Source of the DNA: Camelus ferus
Taxonomy: Eukaryota
Assembly: GCF_009834535.1 (NCBI RefSeq)
Contig: NC_045696.1
Coordinates: forward strand, 57,228,001-57,292,000
Direction: 5' to 3'
Length of the DNA stretch: 64,000 bases
The notes below the pieces were generated by a model. It was not told the DNA's origin. It did no database searches and worked only from the letters and a program-made list of their open reading frames with translations. Shown piece by piece: positions 1-16,793 of the stretch (its first letter is position 1; each line of letters starts with the position of its first letter). Both the position numbers and the translations under genes were made by a program.

Positions 1-787
1 CTTTCGAAGCCTAGAACCAGAGCAGAAATTCATGGGATGTGGGACCAGAGAAACGCAGAACTAGGGTCAGAATAAGAGTAGTCAGAGCAACACAAAATCA
101 GAGTGACAGTGAGCCAGCCTGGATCCACAGAGAGCAGGAAGGAACAGGGTTGCAATGGGAATGGAGTCCTACTGCAAAAAGGTTGAGGGGATAACAGATC
201 TTTGAAATAGCAATAGGAGGAGAAGCTGATTCTCACACTCCTGAACCAAAACTCTCAAGAAAAGCTAATGTAGCCCTTGGATGCACTGTAGTTTAATAAC
301 TAGCAAAAGCCAGAGTAAAGAGGCTTCTAGAGGAAGGCTGCCCCCAAGTAAGGCCTGTAGGGCTCCAATGATCAAACCTTGTATGAACTTAAAAAGAGTA
401 TGAAAAATACAAGACAGAAAAGACATAAGAATAGGACGCAGCAGAAACAACAAAAGACAGATTTAGAGCCCTAAGAATTACAGATATGGTATCATTACTC
501 AGAACAGAGCACGACTATGCACAATTATGAGCAAATTATTTACAAAATCAAACAAGATGAATAGAAACAGGCAGAGCCGAATATTGGTGGTTGAGACTGT
601 CTGGACTGCAAAAAGAAAAATATTCACCATCATTCACAGAAAGAACTTTGTTGATCCCCGCATTAGAAAATCAAAAGATAGGGTTTGCATAAAAATCATA
701 AATTATCCACCTATGATAAAGAATGGCTAAATACATAACTATCCCCAGTCTATAACATCATAAAAATGTTAGGAACTGTGTTTTTAC

Positions 788-1028
788 CTTGAAGGTTTTC
801 CTTCTTCAACAAAGAACTGAGTTGATTCATAGAGTTGAAGATAAGGATGGACTCTACAGATGCTCTGTATCGCCCAGAATGCTCAGTGCTGACATTTAGC
901 CCCAGGCTTTGAGTTCCTTGGCCAGTCTCTATCTCTTCCAGGAGTGGAAGCTCATGAGGAAGAAAACGGGAAATTATGCTGTGAAGAGTTGGTTCCTTGG
1001 AATCTGGATCTAGTAACCAGCACGCCAC
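788..1028 (-). CDS. POLQ: POLQ exon 19 (241 nt), VACWLLDPDSKEPTL...KENLQ
   Basis: Acceptor attcag|GT, donor AAG|GTAAAA; ORF track 750..1028. Confidence 0.95.
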
Positions 1029-2221
1029 CTGAATGGGATAACAATCAGAAATTCTCTTGATTTTTCAAAAAGACATTTCTGCACCCTTAAATTAAAAAGG
1101 CAAAAAAGAAAGCTCATTTCTAATCTCTCATTTTCACTTAATACTTTTTCAGTGGTCTTTCCAGAAGAGTAGAAGGAAAAGATAATTGTAACAGGACTCA
1201 TTTTTGATACCAATAAGAGCAATGGCCTTCAAAGAAGGAAAATTTATATGTTTCCATTACTCCAATGTTCCTGCTAATCTACTTCAGAAGTAGGCCTGAA
1301 ACCCAGGTGCCTCTCAACTAACAAAAATTATGTTTCTAAAAATGCAGCTGGACTCTTCTCCACTAAGGCTGATTTTGGCTTATCTACTACCTTAATAAAG
1401 ATGGGCCCATATAGTTTTAGGTTTAATTCTTTCAATGCTGCCTTTGAAAATCTTTGCCAAAAGAGCAAAAGAAGCTAAGAAGCTAGAAATCACCCTATTA
1501 TTGATTATATTGATTATAACAATTAGTATCATATCTAAACTCAAAATTAGTATTCCACACATCTCATGTATCTAGTACCAATGGAAGGAAAAAATGATAT
1601 CCCTTTGAGGGCTATGATACTGTAAATAAATGTCTTCTGAAAGCACATTGTACTGTTAATTGCTTATTACAATAACACACATCACCTTTTCCTTAATAAC
1701 TCAGAGTCATCATTATGAAGAGTGTATCATACTTTGCTATTATATAGAAAAGTTCTTAGGGGATAGTAAGAGTTTTTGTCCCTATGCTAAATAGCCTCTA
1801 ACTACTATCCTTTTTGATCTCTTATACCTATACACTTTAACTATTTTCCACCTCTAACCTCATGGGTATTTGAAATATCCTGCTATCATATATCTAAATC
1901 TGACAGTTCTTTCATTTCTAATTTACTGTAAGATAGGAAATTTAGAACTTATGATCAAAATGAATATCTTTTAAACATCTGAGGAAAGATGTAAACTTTA
2001 GTACTTAGATTTTGTGATATCTCAGTTTTTAGCTATACAGAGGCATTTGGTGTATAATACTCTCTTCTGGGTGGGTGAGATTACTGAAAAAGGAGTGACT
2101 AAAATACTTAAAGCTGCATTTTTGGAGCTAAATATATACCAAGTCATTTAAAAATTAACCCTAAACATTAAAAATATATATTTTTTAAGAATGTAAAAAA
2201 TTTTTAAATAATTCAGAGGAC

Positions 2222-2418
2222 CTTAGGATCTTCGTAACTCTGTTCCAGGGAGATGCCACAAGACAGAAGAAGAATTTTATAGCTCTGGATGAAGTCATAA
2301 ATGATAACAGAACGTTCTTTATCAGACTCCTTTCGAAAGCAAGATTGAAGGTGCCACATTCTGTCTTTCACAGTCAGGCTTGGATCCAGAGAAGGTGCAG
2401 CCAAACTGGCACTAATTT
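2222..2418 (-). CDS. POLQ: POLQ exon 18 (197 nt), EISASLAAPSLDP...SYEDPK
   Basis: Acceptor T25-AG, donor AAG|GTCCTC; phase 0 joins to VACWLL of exon 19. Confidence 0.93.
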
Positions 2419-3270
2419 CTAAAAAAAAAAAAAAAAAAAAAAAAACCCTAAAGGCAAAAAGTATATGCATCATTTGAAGCAGCAATCTCTACTGTCAAGA
2501 CCAAAAAGACTCAGAAGCCTCAGGATTTAGTTCAGCATGACCTTATCCAGGTCATGTTGCCTATAAAGATGAACTATTTTGTAATCTAAAAATTATGGTT
2601 TGGGCTAGATGATTTATAATGCTCTATTTAGTTAGGAGGGAGAAAGTTCTAAATATCAAGATTCCTAAATTTGTATTTCTCAGAATGTAGAATTAAAAGA
2701 CAGAAAAGTTATACTGAAATGAATTTTAAAGAAACTCCTTTTTAAAGGAGATTTAGTATGAATGTGTAATGAAATATCTAAAATAAAAGAAGTAGTAGTT
2801 CAAGGAACTACTCACTCTAACATATTTTCCCACAAAACAACTGATAATATTTCATGCTTAACTCAGGAACAGGCATTATATGGCATTTAAAAAAATGTTT
2901 CCTTGTTAATTTTGCTCCTGTCTAAAACCAACAATCAGCTAGGTATCCAACAACCATAATCAGATCACAAGGTATTTCCCTAGATCATATCCTTTTAATT
3001 CCAAAGATTTCTCCAAAGGCTGTGTGATTCAGTTACTGTAGATGTCTACTTATCACTGCCTCCAAATGACTTCCAGACGCAGTCAATAGGAGGAAAAATG
3101 TCTGGAAAGAAACTGCTATGATCCAATCTTCAAAAGTAAATCCTCAAGGTGGCCAGGGAGTCCTTAAAGCTGTACTTCCCTCAGGAAGAAAACATAGTAT
3201 TAATAGCCTCATCTGACAAGCAACAAGGAGTAAAGGTGGGAGAGGTGGTAGTGGTACTTCTTAAGACATC

Positions 3271-6200
3271 GTTTCACAATAATTGCTGTAAAAGTCAATG
3301 GACTAAATGGCTCCAATCAAAAGATATAGAGCAGCAGATTGGGTAGTAATACAAGAGCCTACAATAAGCTGCCTACAAGACACCCACTTCAGGGTGAAGA
3401 GAACACATAGACTGAAAGCGAGAGGATGGAAAAGATATTTCATGCAAATGGAAATGACAAGAAAGTGGGAGTAGCAATACTCAGGCAAAATAGACTTTAA
3501 AACAAAGGCCATAAAGATAAAGAAGGACAGTATATACTGATAAAAAGAGCAATACAAGAGGATATTACACTTGTTATCATATATGCACCCTATATAGGAG
3601 CACCTAAATATATAAAACAAATACTAACAGAAATAAAGGGAGAAATTGATAGGAACATAATAATAGGAGATTTTAACACCACACTAACATCATTGGATAG
3701 ATCTTCCAGACAGAAAATCAATAAGGCAACAGAGATACTAAATGACATAACAGAACAGCTAGACTTAGCTGATATTTTTAGGATATTACATTCCAAAAAA
3801 CAGAATATACGTTCTTTTCAAGTGCACACAGAACACTCTCTAGGATAGACAACATACTCAGACACAAAAGAAGCCTCAAAAAATTTAAGAGGATAGAAAC
3901 TATCCCAAGCATCTTTTGACCACAATGGCATGAAACTAGAAATCAATCTCAGGAGGGAAGGAAAAAAAAACCAAAAAATGAGAAAAAAAATGACTGCGTG
4001 GAGACTAAACAACATGCTACTAAAAAAACCAATAGGTCAACAATGAAATCAAAAAAGAAATTTAAAAATACCTTGAGACAAAAGACAATGAAAATACAAC
4101 CATACAAAATCTATAGGAAAAGAAGTCCTAAGAGGGAAGTTCATAGTGACAAAGGCCTTCCTCAAAAACAGGAACAATCACAAGTAAATAACTTAACCTA
4201 TCACCTAAAAGAGTTAGAAAAAGAAGAGCAAACAAAACCTAAAGCCAGCAGAAGGAAGGAAATAATAGAGATCAGGAAGGAAATAAACAAAATAGAGATT
4301 AAAAACAATAGAAAAAATCAATCAAACCAAGAGCTTGCTTTTTAAAAGAGTAAACAAAATTGACAAACCTCTGGCCAGGCTCACCAAGAAAAGAGAAAGA
4401 ACACAAATAAACAAAATAAGAAAGAAAAATGGAGAAATTACAACCATTACTACAAAAATATAAAAAAAAGAAAATACTACTAACAACTATATGGAAACAA
4501 ACTGGACACCCTAAAAGAAATGGACAAGTTTCTGGAAACATACAGAGCATCAAAACTGAATCGAGAAGAAACAGACCACTTGAAGAAACTGATCGCTAGA
4601 AATGAAATAGAATCAGCAATTAAAAAACCTCCCTACAAACAAAAGTCCTGGACCAGACGGCTTCCTTGGGAATTCTACCAAACATATAAAGAACTCATAC
4701 TTATCCTTCTCTAACTCTTTCAGAAGATTGAAAAGGAGGGAATACTGCCAAACTCATTCTGTGAAGCCACCATCTCCCTGATACCAAAACCAGACAAAGA
4801 CACTACCAAAAAAAGAAAATTACAGGCCAATATCATTGATGAACATAGATGCCAAAATCCTCAACAAAATATTAGCAAACAAAATCCAACACATAAAAAA
4901 GATCATACACCATGATCAAGCTGGATTCATCCAGGGACACAAGGATGGTTCAACATATGCAAATCAATCAGTGTGATATACCACATCAACAAAAGAAAGA
5001 ACAAAAATCATATAATCATCTCAATAGATGCAGAAAAAGCAATTGATAAAATTCAACACCCATTTATGATTAAAAACTCTTACAAAAGTGGGTACAGAGG
5101 GAACATATCTCAACATAATAAAAGCTGTTTATAACAGCCAGCATAATACTCAATGGTGAAAAACTGAAAGCCTTCCCACTAAAATCTGGAACAAGACAAG
5201 GATGCCTACTCTCACCACTTCTATTCAATAGAGTCTTGGAAGTCCTAGCCACAGCAATCAGGCAAGAAAAATAAATAAAAGGGATCCAAATTGGAAGAGA
5301 AGAGGTAAAACTGTCACTATGTGTGGATGACATGATAATATATATATATATAGAAAACCCTAACAGTTCCACACAAAACTACTAGAGCTGATAAAGAATT
5401 TGGCAAGGTAGCAGGATTCAAGATTAACATACAGAAATCAGCTGCATTTCTTTACACTAACAATGAAATAACAGGAAAAGAAAGTAAAGAAACAATCCCT
5501 TTTAAAATTACATCCAAAACAATAAAATACTTAGGAATAAATCTGATCAAGGAGGTGAAAGACTTATATATGGAGAACTACAAAACACTGATTAAGGAAA
5601 TTAAAGATGACTTTAAAAAATAGAAAGCTATCCCATGCTCTAGGATTGGAAGAATCAATATTGTTAAAACGGCCATACTGCCCAAGGTAATCTACAGATT
5701 TAATGTGATCCCTATCAAATTACCCATAACATTTCTCACAGAACTAGAATAATCCTAAAATGTATATGGAATCATAAAAGACCCAGAATCACCAAAGCAA
5801 TACTGAAAAAAAACAAATGAAGCTGGAGGAATAACCCTCCAGACTCCAAATAATACTGCAGAACTACAGTAATTAAAATAGCAAGATATTGGCCCAAAAA
5901 GACATATGGATCAATCGAACAGAATAGAGAGCCCAAAAATAAACCTATACACTTTAATTAATTAATTAATCTTCAACAAAGGAGGCAAGAATATACAATG
6001 GAGAAAAGACAGTCTCTGCAGCAGGTGGTGTTGGGAAAACTGGACAGCCACATGTAATTCAGCGAAAGTTAGAACACTCCCTCACACCATACACAAAAGA
6101 AAACTAAAAATGGCTTAAAGACTTAAACATAAGACAAGATACTATAAATCACCTAGAAGAAAACATAGGCAAACCATTCTCCAACATAAATCTGAGCAAT

Positions 6201-7103
6201 GTTCTCCTAGGGCAGCCTAAAACATAAGCAAAACATTCTCCAACATAAATCTGAACAATGTTCTCCTAGGGCAGTCTACCCCAGGGAGAATGGCCATCAT
6301 TAAAACATCCACAAACAATAAATGCTGGAGAGGGTGTGGAGAAAAGGGAATCCTCCTACACTGTTGGTGGAAATGTAGTTTGGTGTAGCCATTATGGAAA
6401 ACAGTATAGAGGTTCCTTAAAAAAGTAAAAATAGACTTATCATAAGATCCAGCAATCCCACTCCTGGGCACATATCTGGAGGGAACTCTAATTCAAAAAG
6501 ATACATGCACCCCAATATTCACAGCAGCACAATTTACAATAGCTAAGACATGGAAACAACCTAAATGTCCATCGACAGATGACTGGAAAAAGAAGTTGTG
6601 GTTATATATACACAATGGAATACTACTTGGCCATAAAAAAGAATAAAATAATGCCATTTGCTGCAACATGGATGGACACAGAGGTTGTCAGTTTCTAAGT
6701 GAAGCCAGAAAGAGAAAGAAAAATACCATATGATATCACTTGTATGTGGAATCTTAAAAAAAAAAAAAAAAAGACACAAATGAACCTATTTACAAAGCAG
6801 AAACAGATTCACAGACATGGAAAATAAACTTATGGTTACCAGTCAGGGAATGGAGTGGTGGGAAGGGATAAACTGGGAGCTCAAGATTTGCATATACTAA
6901 CTACCATGTATAAAATAGATAAACAACAAGTTTAAACTGTATAGCACAGGGAACTATATTCAATATCATGTAGTAAGCTATAATGAAAAGAATATGAAAA
7001 GGAATATACGTATGTATATGTATGACTGAAACATTATGCTATACACCAGAAATTGATATAATACTGTAAACCGACTATACTTCAATCAAAAAAATAAATT
7101 TCA
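3271..7103 (+). mobile_element. LINE-1, 5'-truncated at the start of ORF2; degenerate EN and RT plus 3' UTR; antisense to POLQ (intron 17)
   Basis: L1 ORF2-like sequence with stops and frameshifts; A-rich 3' end; possible TSD aagacatc/aggacatc. Confidence 0.95.
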
Positions 7104-7291
7104 AAAGGACATCACTCCAGTTAATATATGAAATAACGTACATAACAGCCACTATTAAAAAAATTTTTTTTTAATTCTAAAAAATAAATTCTAGGCAAAT
7201 ATCAAGGAACTGTTCTCAACAAAAAAGTCACTATCCTCATAGCGGTTACATTAAAATTATATAGTGACTTAGCCAAATAGTGATTACTTAC

Positions 7292-7435
7292 CAGAATGCT
7301 TTTGTTCCCTCTGCAATGAAAAATAGTAGGCATCTCTTCCACCCCAGCATACTGCCAGTCCAACCACCAAGATGTCATCACAACCTTTAACAGGAAATCC
7401 ATCATCTCTAATAGGGTTTTCCTGAGGGGAACGAA
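7292..7435 (-). CDS. POLQ: POLQ exon 17 (144 nt), RDDGFPVKGCDDILVVGLAVCWGGRDAYYFSLQ
   Basis: Acceptor atgtag|TT, donor CTG|GTAAGT; translated by hand. Confidence 0.95.
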
Positions 7436-8513
7436 CTACATAAATCGAAAGTGAAATAGGTAAAAATCTCTAAAAATAAAGCCATTAAACGGAGCCTTAA
7501 AACAATGATAAAAATAATAAAAAAAAAAAACTATTTAACACACAAGTTTTTCAGATCCCTACAATATGCATTATGTGGATAGTCATTTTTAGGTGTATGT
7601 AAGATCTTTCTAGGCTTCCCATCAATTAAGACAACTGTCACTATGAAAAATTTACCAAAGATTTCTTAAAATAGGTCTATAATAATGACTAAAATAGTTT
7701 AAAGTTAACTTTTTAAAGTTTCTTAAAAGCTACATTTTGAATTTCTATAACTCAAGCAAAATAAAGATCACCTGCACACCACAAAAATTCTGTAGCAAAC
7801 TCAGTGATTCTTAACACTAAGAAACTCCCTAAAAATCAAGAGTCTTATTTCTCTGTGAAGAAGTAGGTATGATTTCGTATTTGGAGTCAGTATATTCTCT
7901 AAAATAATGCACCTTCAATTTTACAAAGACATAGGTCAAAAACTATCTTATTTACAATTATATCCCCAATACCTGGAAAATAAACTAGCACATATTTATT
8001 AAATTTAAGTGAATGTTTTTATCCCTCTAAACTCTAGCACTGAAGGTACATAAAACTTGTCCTTAACACATATACTTCCTGATTCCTGATCAGACAAACA
8101 TTCAGAACTTTAGAACAAATTCATTCAAAGATAGAGGTATTTAAGAAGTCTGATCAAATCTTGATTTCCACAACAGGTTATAAAGCCTACTACAGCTATC
8201 CCCCATAACAAAGAATCATTACAGTCATGAAGTTAAGACCAGAATATATGGCATTATTTAACCAAAAGTTTCAATTCTCTGAAAATTTGAGAGTCCTTTG
8301 GGAAACTTTGGGATCAACATTTCAATGTGATTCATGACTATAAACGGAGGTACAATTCTACTTGAAGTAAGTGTTGGAAAATATATAGCTAATATAGATC
8401 GTGAAAAAATATAATGCCTATTTGCTGTGCACTTCTGTGACTATATAAATGAATAAGGATATTACAATTTAATAGAAAATAATTCATGAGCAATGATGAT
8501 TAATAAAAACCAT

Positions 8514-8910
8514 CACGTCTGCCATTTGCAACAGCATGTATAGACCTAGAAGGTATTGTGCTAAGTGAAGTAAGTCAGAGATAGACAAACACTGTATGTC
8601 ATCATTTTTATGTGAAACCTAAAAAATAAAATGAATGAATATAACAAAATATAAACAGACTCACGGATATATAGAACAAACTAGTGGTTACCGGTGGGAA
8701 GAGGGTTGTGGGGAGAGGCAAGGTATTAAGAGGTACAAACTATTGTGTATAAAATAAATCAACTACAAGGATATACTGTAGAGCACAGAAAAATACGCCC
8801 ATTATTTTATAATAACATTAAATGTAATATAAGCTATAAAAATATTGAATCACTATATTGTACACATGAAACCAATATTCTAAATAAACTATACTTCAGT
8901 TAATTAAATT
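8514..8910 (+). mobile_element. L1 3' fragment
   Basis: gccatttgcaac...ctatacttca L1 3' UTR; flanking aaaaccat repeats. Confidence 0.85.
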
Positions 8911-9011
8911 AAAACCATGTCATACCATAAAGATATCAAAAAATCTGATTCATATTCAAAATATACATCTTTAATTTCACAAACTTACATTCTAATATAT
9001 ATCTATGAGAT

Positions 9012-9590
9012 TTCTTTTTTAGAGAAATGTTGTGTTCAATGTTAAAGCTTAGCACACTCTAACACCAGATATGGCCAGGATTTGAAGCAGCAGAGATGTG
9101 TAGGGAACCTCCACAGAGCCTTCAGAAGTGAAGAGGAGAAAGACAACCATAAAACAGAAAAGCCCTGTGGCATCAGACAGGGCAAAGCCCAGAATGGCAT
9201 AGGAAAAAGAGCTGCTGTTTGAGAGGCAGGTTCCTGGAACACCCAAGCATCAAGCTGTGGAACACTGTTCCAGGGCTGGCCTCTGAACCAGCCATATCAA
9301 CTATGGTGTTCCCAGCAGCAATAAGCTTGGCTGCTGAGTCAGTGTCCAGGGAGACAACACTGGTATGGGACTCTCAATGAGCTACCTAGAATGAGGAGCT
9401 GCTATAGAAAGGCTCTGTAGATGGGATCTCTGGCCTACTTGAAAGGAGGCAGACACAAGCCTGATTAGACCCCATGTTCAATGGTAGATCAGTGCCAGGG
9501 GAATGAGTAGTGTTCTAGTAGTCTGCACTTTTTCAGTCTCCCAGCTTGAGCTCTTGGCCTCACTGCTCAGCTCTCCTACTCACATGTCCT
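9012..9590 (-). pseudogene. ATP5MC1: Processed pseudogene of ATP synthase subunit c (ATP5MC1/ATP5G1) in POLQ intron 16
   Basis: Intronless; SYAILGFALSDATGLFCFMV matches the subunit c C-terminus. Presequence starts at a mutated GTG (9528) CAG ACT. UTRs resemble ATP5MC1 as I recall them; A-tail, stops and frameshifts. Confidence 0.9.
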
Positions 9591-9792
9591 GAGGTTCCCC
9601 CATCTCTTATACCAGGGGGTAACTATTATTAATCTAGTTGTGCTGAACAATAAGGCTGTTCTACATGTAAACTCACGTAAGAGAAAATTATTAAACTTTG
9701 AACAAATTTAATACATTTAATATCCAATGCTGAAAAGTCTTGATCCCATCTCAGTCCACTGTTTTACATATAAATGTAGAAATTTATTTTTA

Positions 9793-13230
<3,438 letters not shown>

Positions 13231-13711
13231 CTTTAAATCTGGAGTTTATTGATTGACAGAATTTGAAACAGAGTTCAGAATAACTACAGGAGGTACAAAA
13301 TGAAGAGAGAAAGTTCAGAATTGAGAGATCCAGAGAAGAATCCCAAATTTTTCATATAAATTCTGCCCAAATATCTGGCTGTCAAAATTATGCAAGTGTG
13401 GGCAGACTCCAAGCAGCCAAATGAAAGTCTAAACAACTGAACTGAGATTTGAGCTATTGCCCACAGCAGGCAGACAAAGTTGAGAGTGTGAGCTCAGTCA
13501 AGCTAACTGATGAAATATCAGTGCTCTTCACAGTAATATATTCTACACTGTAAAAGGTAAAACACACATGCAACTGAAATATCATAAAGAGAGGATAAAC
13601 AGGATGAGGCATTAAAATTGTGGAAGAAATGATAGCCAAGAATCTTCTGTTTCTAACCAACATAGAGTAATATGGACCAATTTAGCCTCTCACCTAAAAC
13701 AACTAAAAAAT

Positions 13712-14079
13712 TGAGACTAGGTCATAAAAGACATTGCAGCTTCCATTTTGCTCTCTCTTGGGTCACTCACTCTGGGGGAAGTCAACCATCATGTTATAAG
13801 GATATAAAGCCGTTCTACAGAAAAGCTCATGTGGAGAACTAAGCACCAACTTGCCAGCTTCTATGAGTCATCTTAAAAGCAGACCTAAGTCAACCCTTCA
13901 GATGGCTAAAGTCCTTGCAACTTAACTACAACCTCATGAGAGAGCTCAAACCAGACCAGAACCACCAGGAAAGGTACTCCCAAATTCATAACTTGCAGAA
14001 ATTTTGAATTTATATGTATTTACTAGTTGCTTTTAAGACACTAAGTTCTTAAGTAATTTGTTCCATAGCAACTAATTAC
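13712..14079 (+). mobile_element. MaLR LTR (MLT1A-like), partial
   Basis: gagactaggtcataaaagac...cactcactctgggggaag...gtaatttgtt..tagcaa..taca. Confidence 0.75.
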
Positions 14080-14205
14080 AGCCTAACAAAAATGCCTAGT
14101 AAAACCATCAAACTTCAAAGATATGGATAATAAATCTCAGGGCCTACATATGTAGAAAGGCAAAAGAATCATAGTCCCATTAGAGTCCTCAAAAACAGTA
14201 TACAA

Positions 14206-14244
<39 letters not shown>

Positions 14245-14546
14245 AAAAACTCCATAAAAGAAAGTATAGACTAAGGATTTATATCAAGCCAAGAGGTGCT
14301 TCAAATATTAAGGTTATAGGAAAAGAGTTTTAAACATACAAGACCTTGGAGAATTCTATACTAGATAAGCCCTCCTCAAGGGATCTACCAGAGGATGTTT
14401 CATCCACTCGAGAGAGGAAGGAACACTTCAGCATACGGCTTCCTAGGTCTTCATGTGAAAATAAACTGATCTCAGAAATTAAGGATTTTAAAAACAATAA
14501 AGAATTCAGGAACAAAGGACTATTATCAGGCAAAAGAAGTAACCAC

Positions 14547-15077
14547 TATAGTAAAGATAATAAATCAGTCATAAAGATTCCAAGACGGTTTCAAAGGCAA
14601 AGATCAGCCTGAAGCACATTCTTGAGCTGTCTTGTAGGATCCAAACTCCCTTGAGAACTAATCCACCAGACTAACTGGAGTCTAAGGAATGATAATGCTG
14701 AGCTTTGCTGACCCTCATGACTTCACTCAACTAGGTGCCTGGATTTTGTCAACCTAGAGTGAACTTTGCCTCATTTTAATGCTAAAATCTCCACCCCAAG
14801 AGAGGGGACTGCCTTCACGTTTGAGCATGCTGTAGCACTGTGCAAGGGCATTTCAAACTCCACCTCTATATGGAAGATCACAATCACCCTTTCATGAATA
14901 TGCATGCACCCTTAGCTTAAAACTACCCTGATCATGCTGTGCAGGGAGACAGTGCCATAAGGGCTATCTCCCTGTCTCATCTGTCATAACCAATAAATGC
15001 TTATGCTTTGCTCAAAAGTATTTGGCTTGTTCATTGGCTATGCACCCCAAGCAACGGAACCACTGAGTCCAGTAACA
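14547..15077 (+). mobile_element. ERV1-class solo LTR
   Basis: AATAAA at about 14992; ends ...agtaaca; possible TSD ccac/ccag. Confidence 0.7.
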
Positions 15078-15257
15078 CCAGGTGCATTGTAAAACACCCC
15101 ACAATCCCTAACCCTGTGGCACATCCCTTGAGGTATTAGTTTGGCTCTGAGAAACCCAAGGGTATGGCTAAAAGAAATGGGATCCTTTATATCCAAAGAG
15201 TTGAGTTTGCCACCTTCCAGTATACCTGCTTATTTTATGTTTAAGAACTGCAGTCCT

Positions 15258-15401
15258 GGCGGGTAGGGTATATAGCTCAGTGGTAGAGCACATGCTTAAC
15301 ATACACAAGGTCTTGGGTTCAATCCCCAGTACCTCCATTAAAATAAATTTAAAAATACACACACACCCCCCAAAAAAAACAAAACAAAACAAAACAAAAC
15401 A
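15258..15401 (+). mobile_element. tRNA-derived SINE (camelid Vic-1-like) inserted in gag
   Basis: Box A tagctcagtggtagag, box B ggttcaatccc, A-rich tail; TSD aagaact(g/a)cagtcct. Confidence 0.92.
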
Positions 15402-15794
15402 AAGAACTACAGTCCTGGAAGCTGCAGATGCTGAGCAAAACAGCGAAGTTTTACTAAACATAACCTAGAATTACAGCGGCCATTATGATCAATGTTCCAA
15501 ATAGGTAAGGTCATTTAAAAGGTACACTTAAAAGCAAGAAACCTCCCAAAGCAAACACAATGGAATATCTATTTTAATTAGTATGCAGAAGACTTCAAAA
15601 GTTTTCAAAACTCCAAAAGTCTTCATTGAAAAACTCATTACAAAAAATTGATGAAAAGTTAAAGATATAAAAGGTGCCTGAAACAAAAATACTGATGTGA
15701 CTCCTACTGCTTTCTTCTTTCCTTTTTCACCTGAGTACTCGTTTTACTACTGCCCTGTCTGAACTGCCTTTCTACTCTGAAGAGACTATTAGAC

Positions 15795-16513
15795 AGTTGC
15801 TGTTTAAAATAAAACCACCTGATTGTAGTAACTTATGGAGAAAGAGAATATGAAAACGAATATATGTATGTTTCTATATGACTGAAGTATTGCACTGTAC
15901 ACCAGAAACTGACACAACATTGTAAACTGACTACACTTCAATAAAAATATATTTATAAATTAATTAATTAAATAAAACAAAACAAGATAAAACAATACCT
16001 GAAGTTGCAGATGAAACTCTTCCACTATAGGAAAAGAATTTCTTAAACCTCAAGAGTGAAAGAGTAGAAAACTAACAAGATGGCTACTGAGTTGTTCAGG
16101 CCTGTACTTCTAGCTAAACTGATCTTATGACTAACACGCCCCCCACCTTGTGCATTTTTTTCTTAGAATTACTTATTCTTTTATCCTAGAGGTCATGAAA
16201 GAAGGTCATGGATTGAACCTCAAGAAAATGGGCAGACTCTCCTAAATTCCTCCATAACAAGACCAAGTTCTTATCAAGATGAAAGAAATGTAGCCCCTGC
16301 TCACACCTTGATTGTTATCTCCCTCCTGTTTCCATTTTTCTGTGAAACCCCAGGACCCTTACTCCAAGGTAGGCTCGCAGTCTTTAAGGTATTAGCCTGC
16401 TATGACTCCTTTTGTCTGGCAAAGCAATAAAGCTGTTCTTTTCTAATACTCCCAAAACTCAGCCTCCAACTCTCAATTCAGCTATCAGGGTACAGAGGCT
16501 GGTTTTTCAGCAA
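15795..16513 (+). mobile_element. ERV1 solo LTR interrupted by a short L1 3' fragment (about 15823-15985)
   Basis: gcaataaagc poly(A) signal; agttgct...agcaa termini; L1 tail flanked by aaaa...acctga repeats. Confidence 0.7.
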
Positions 16514-16793
16514 TGAGAGGAGCCCCAGAAGTTTAAAGAATTTTAGTGTTATTGTCAGTGCCTATGACCCTAGAATACTAAATCTTTATCAGCTTGTACA
16601 TGTTTGAACTGGGGAAGTCAAAAAATGGATGCAGGAAGCAAGATGGCAATACCCTGAGGATGATACCAGAGAGGGCTCAAAAAATAGCAACTGATTTTTC
16701 ACAAATCATTATAAAAAGGCAGAAAACAGAATGCGAAGCCATAAGCCTGACTGAACTTGACTACTGCTGAGCATTCTGAAAGGATCATGGAGC

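Noticed and set aside
2533..2818. Three small hairpins in intron 17 (about 2533-2559, 2711-2759, 2795-2811)
   Set aside because: Short imperfect stems in AT-rich DNA, expected by chance, with no RNA-family motifs.
15078..15095. ggtgcattg after the 14547-15077 LTR as a tRNA-Gly primer binding site
   Set aside because: Only 9 nt match, and this LTR does not resemble the provirus 3' LTR, so it cannot be supported as the 5' LTR.
15258..15340. tRNA-like A/B boxes here and at 29581, 38488, 59293 and 59628
   Set aside because: Each has an A-rich tail and TSD and is diverged, so these are SINE heads, not tRNA genes.
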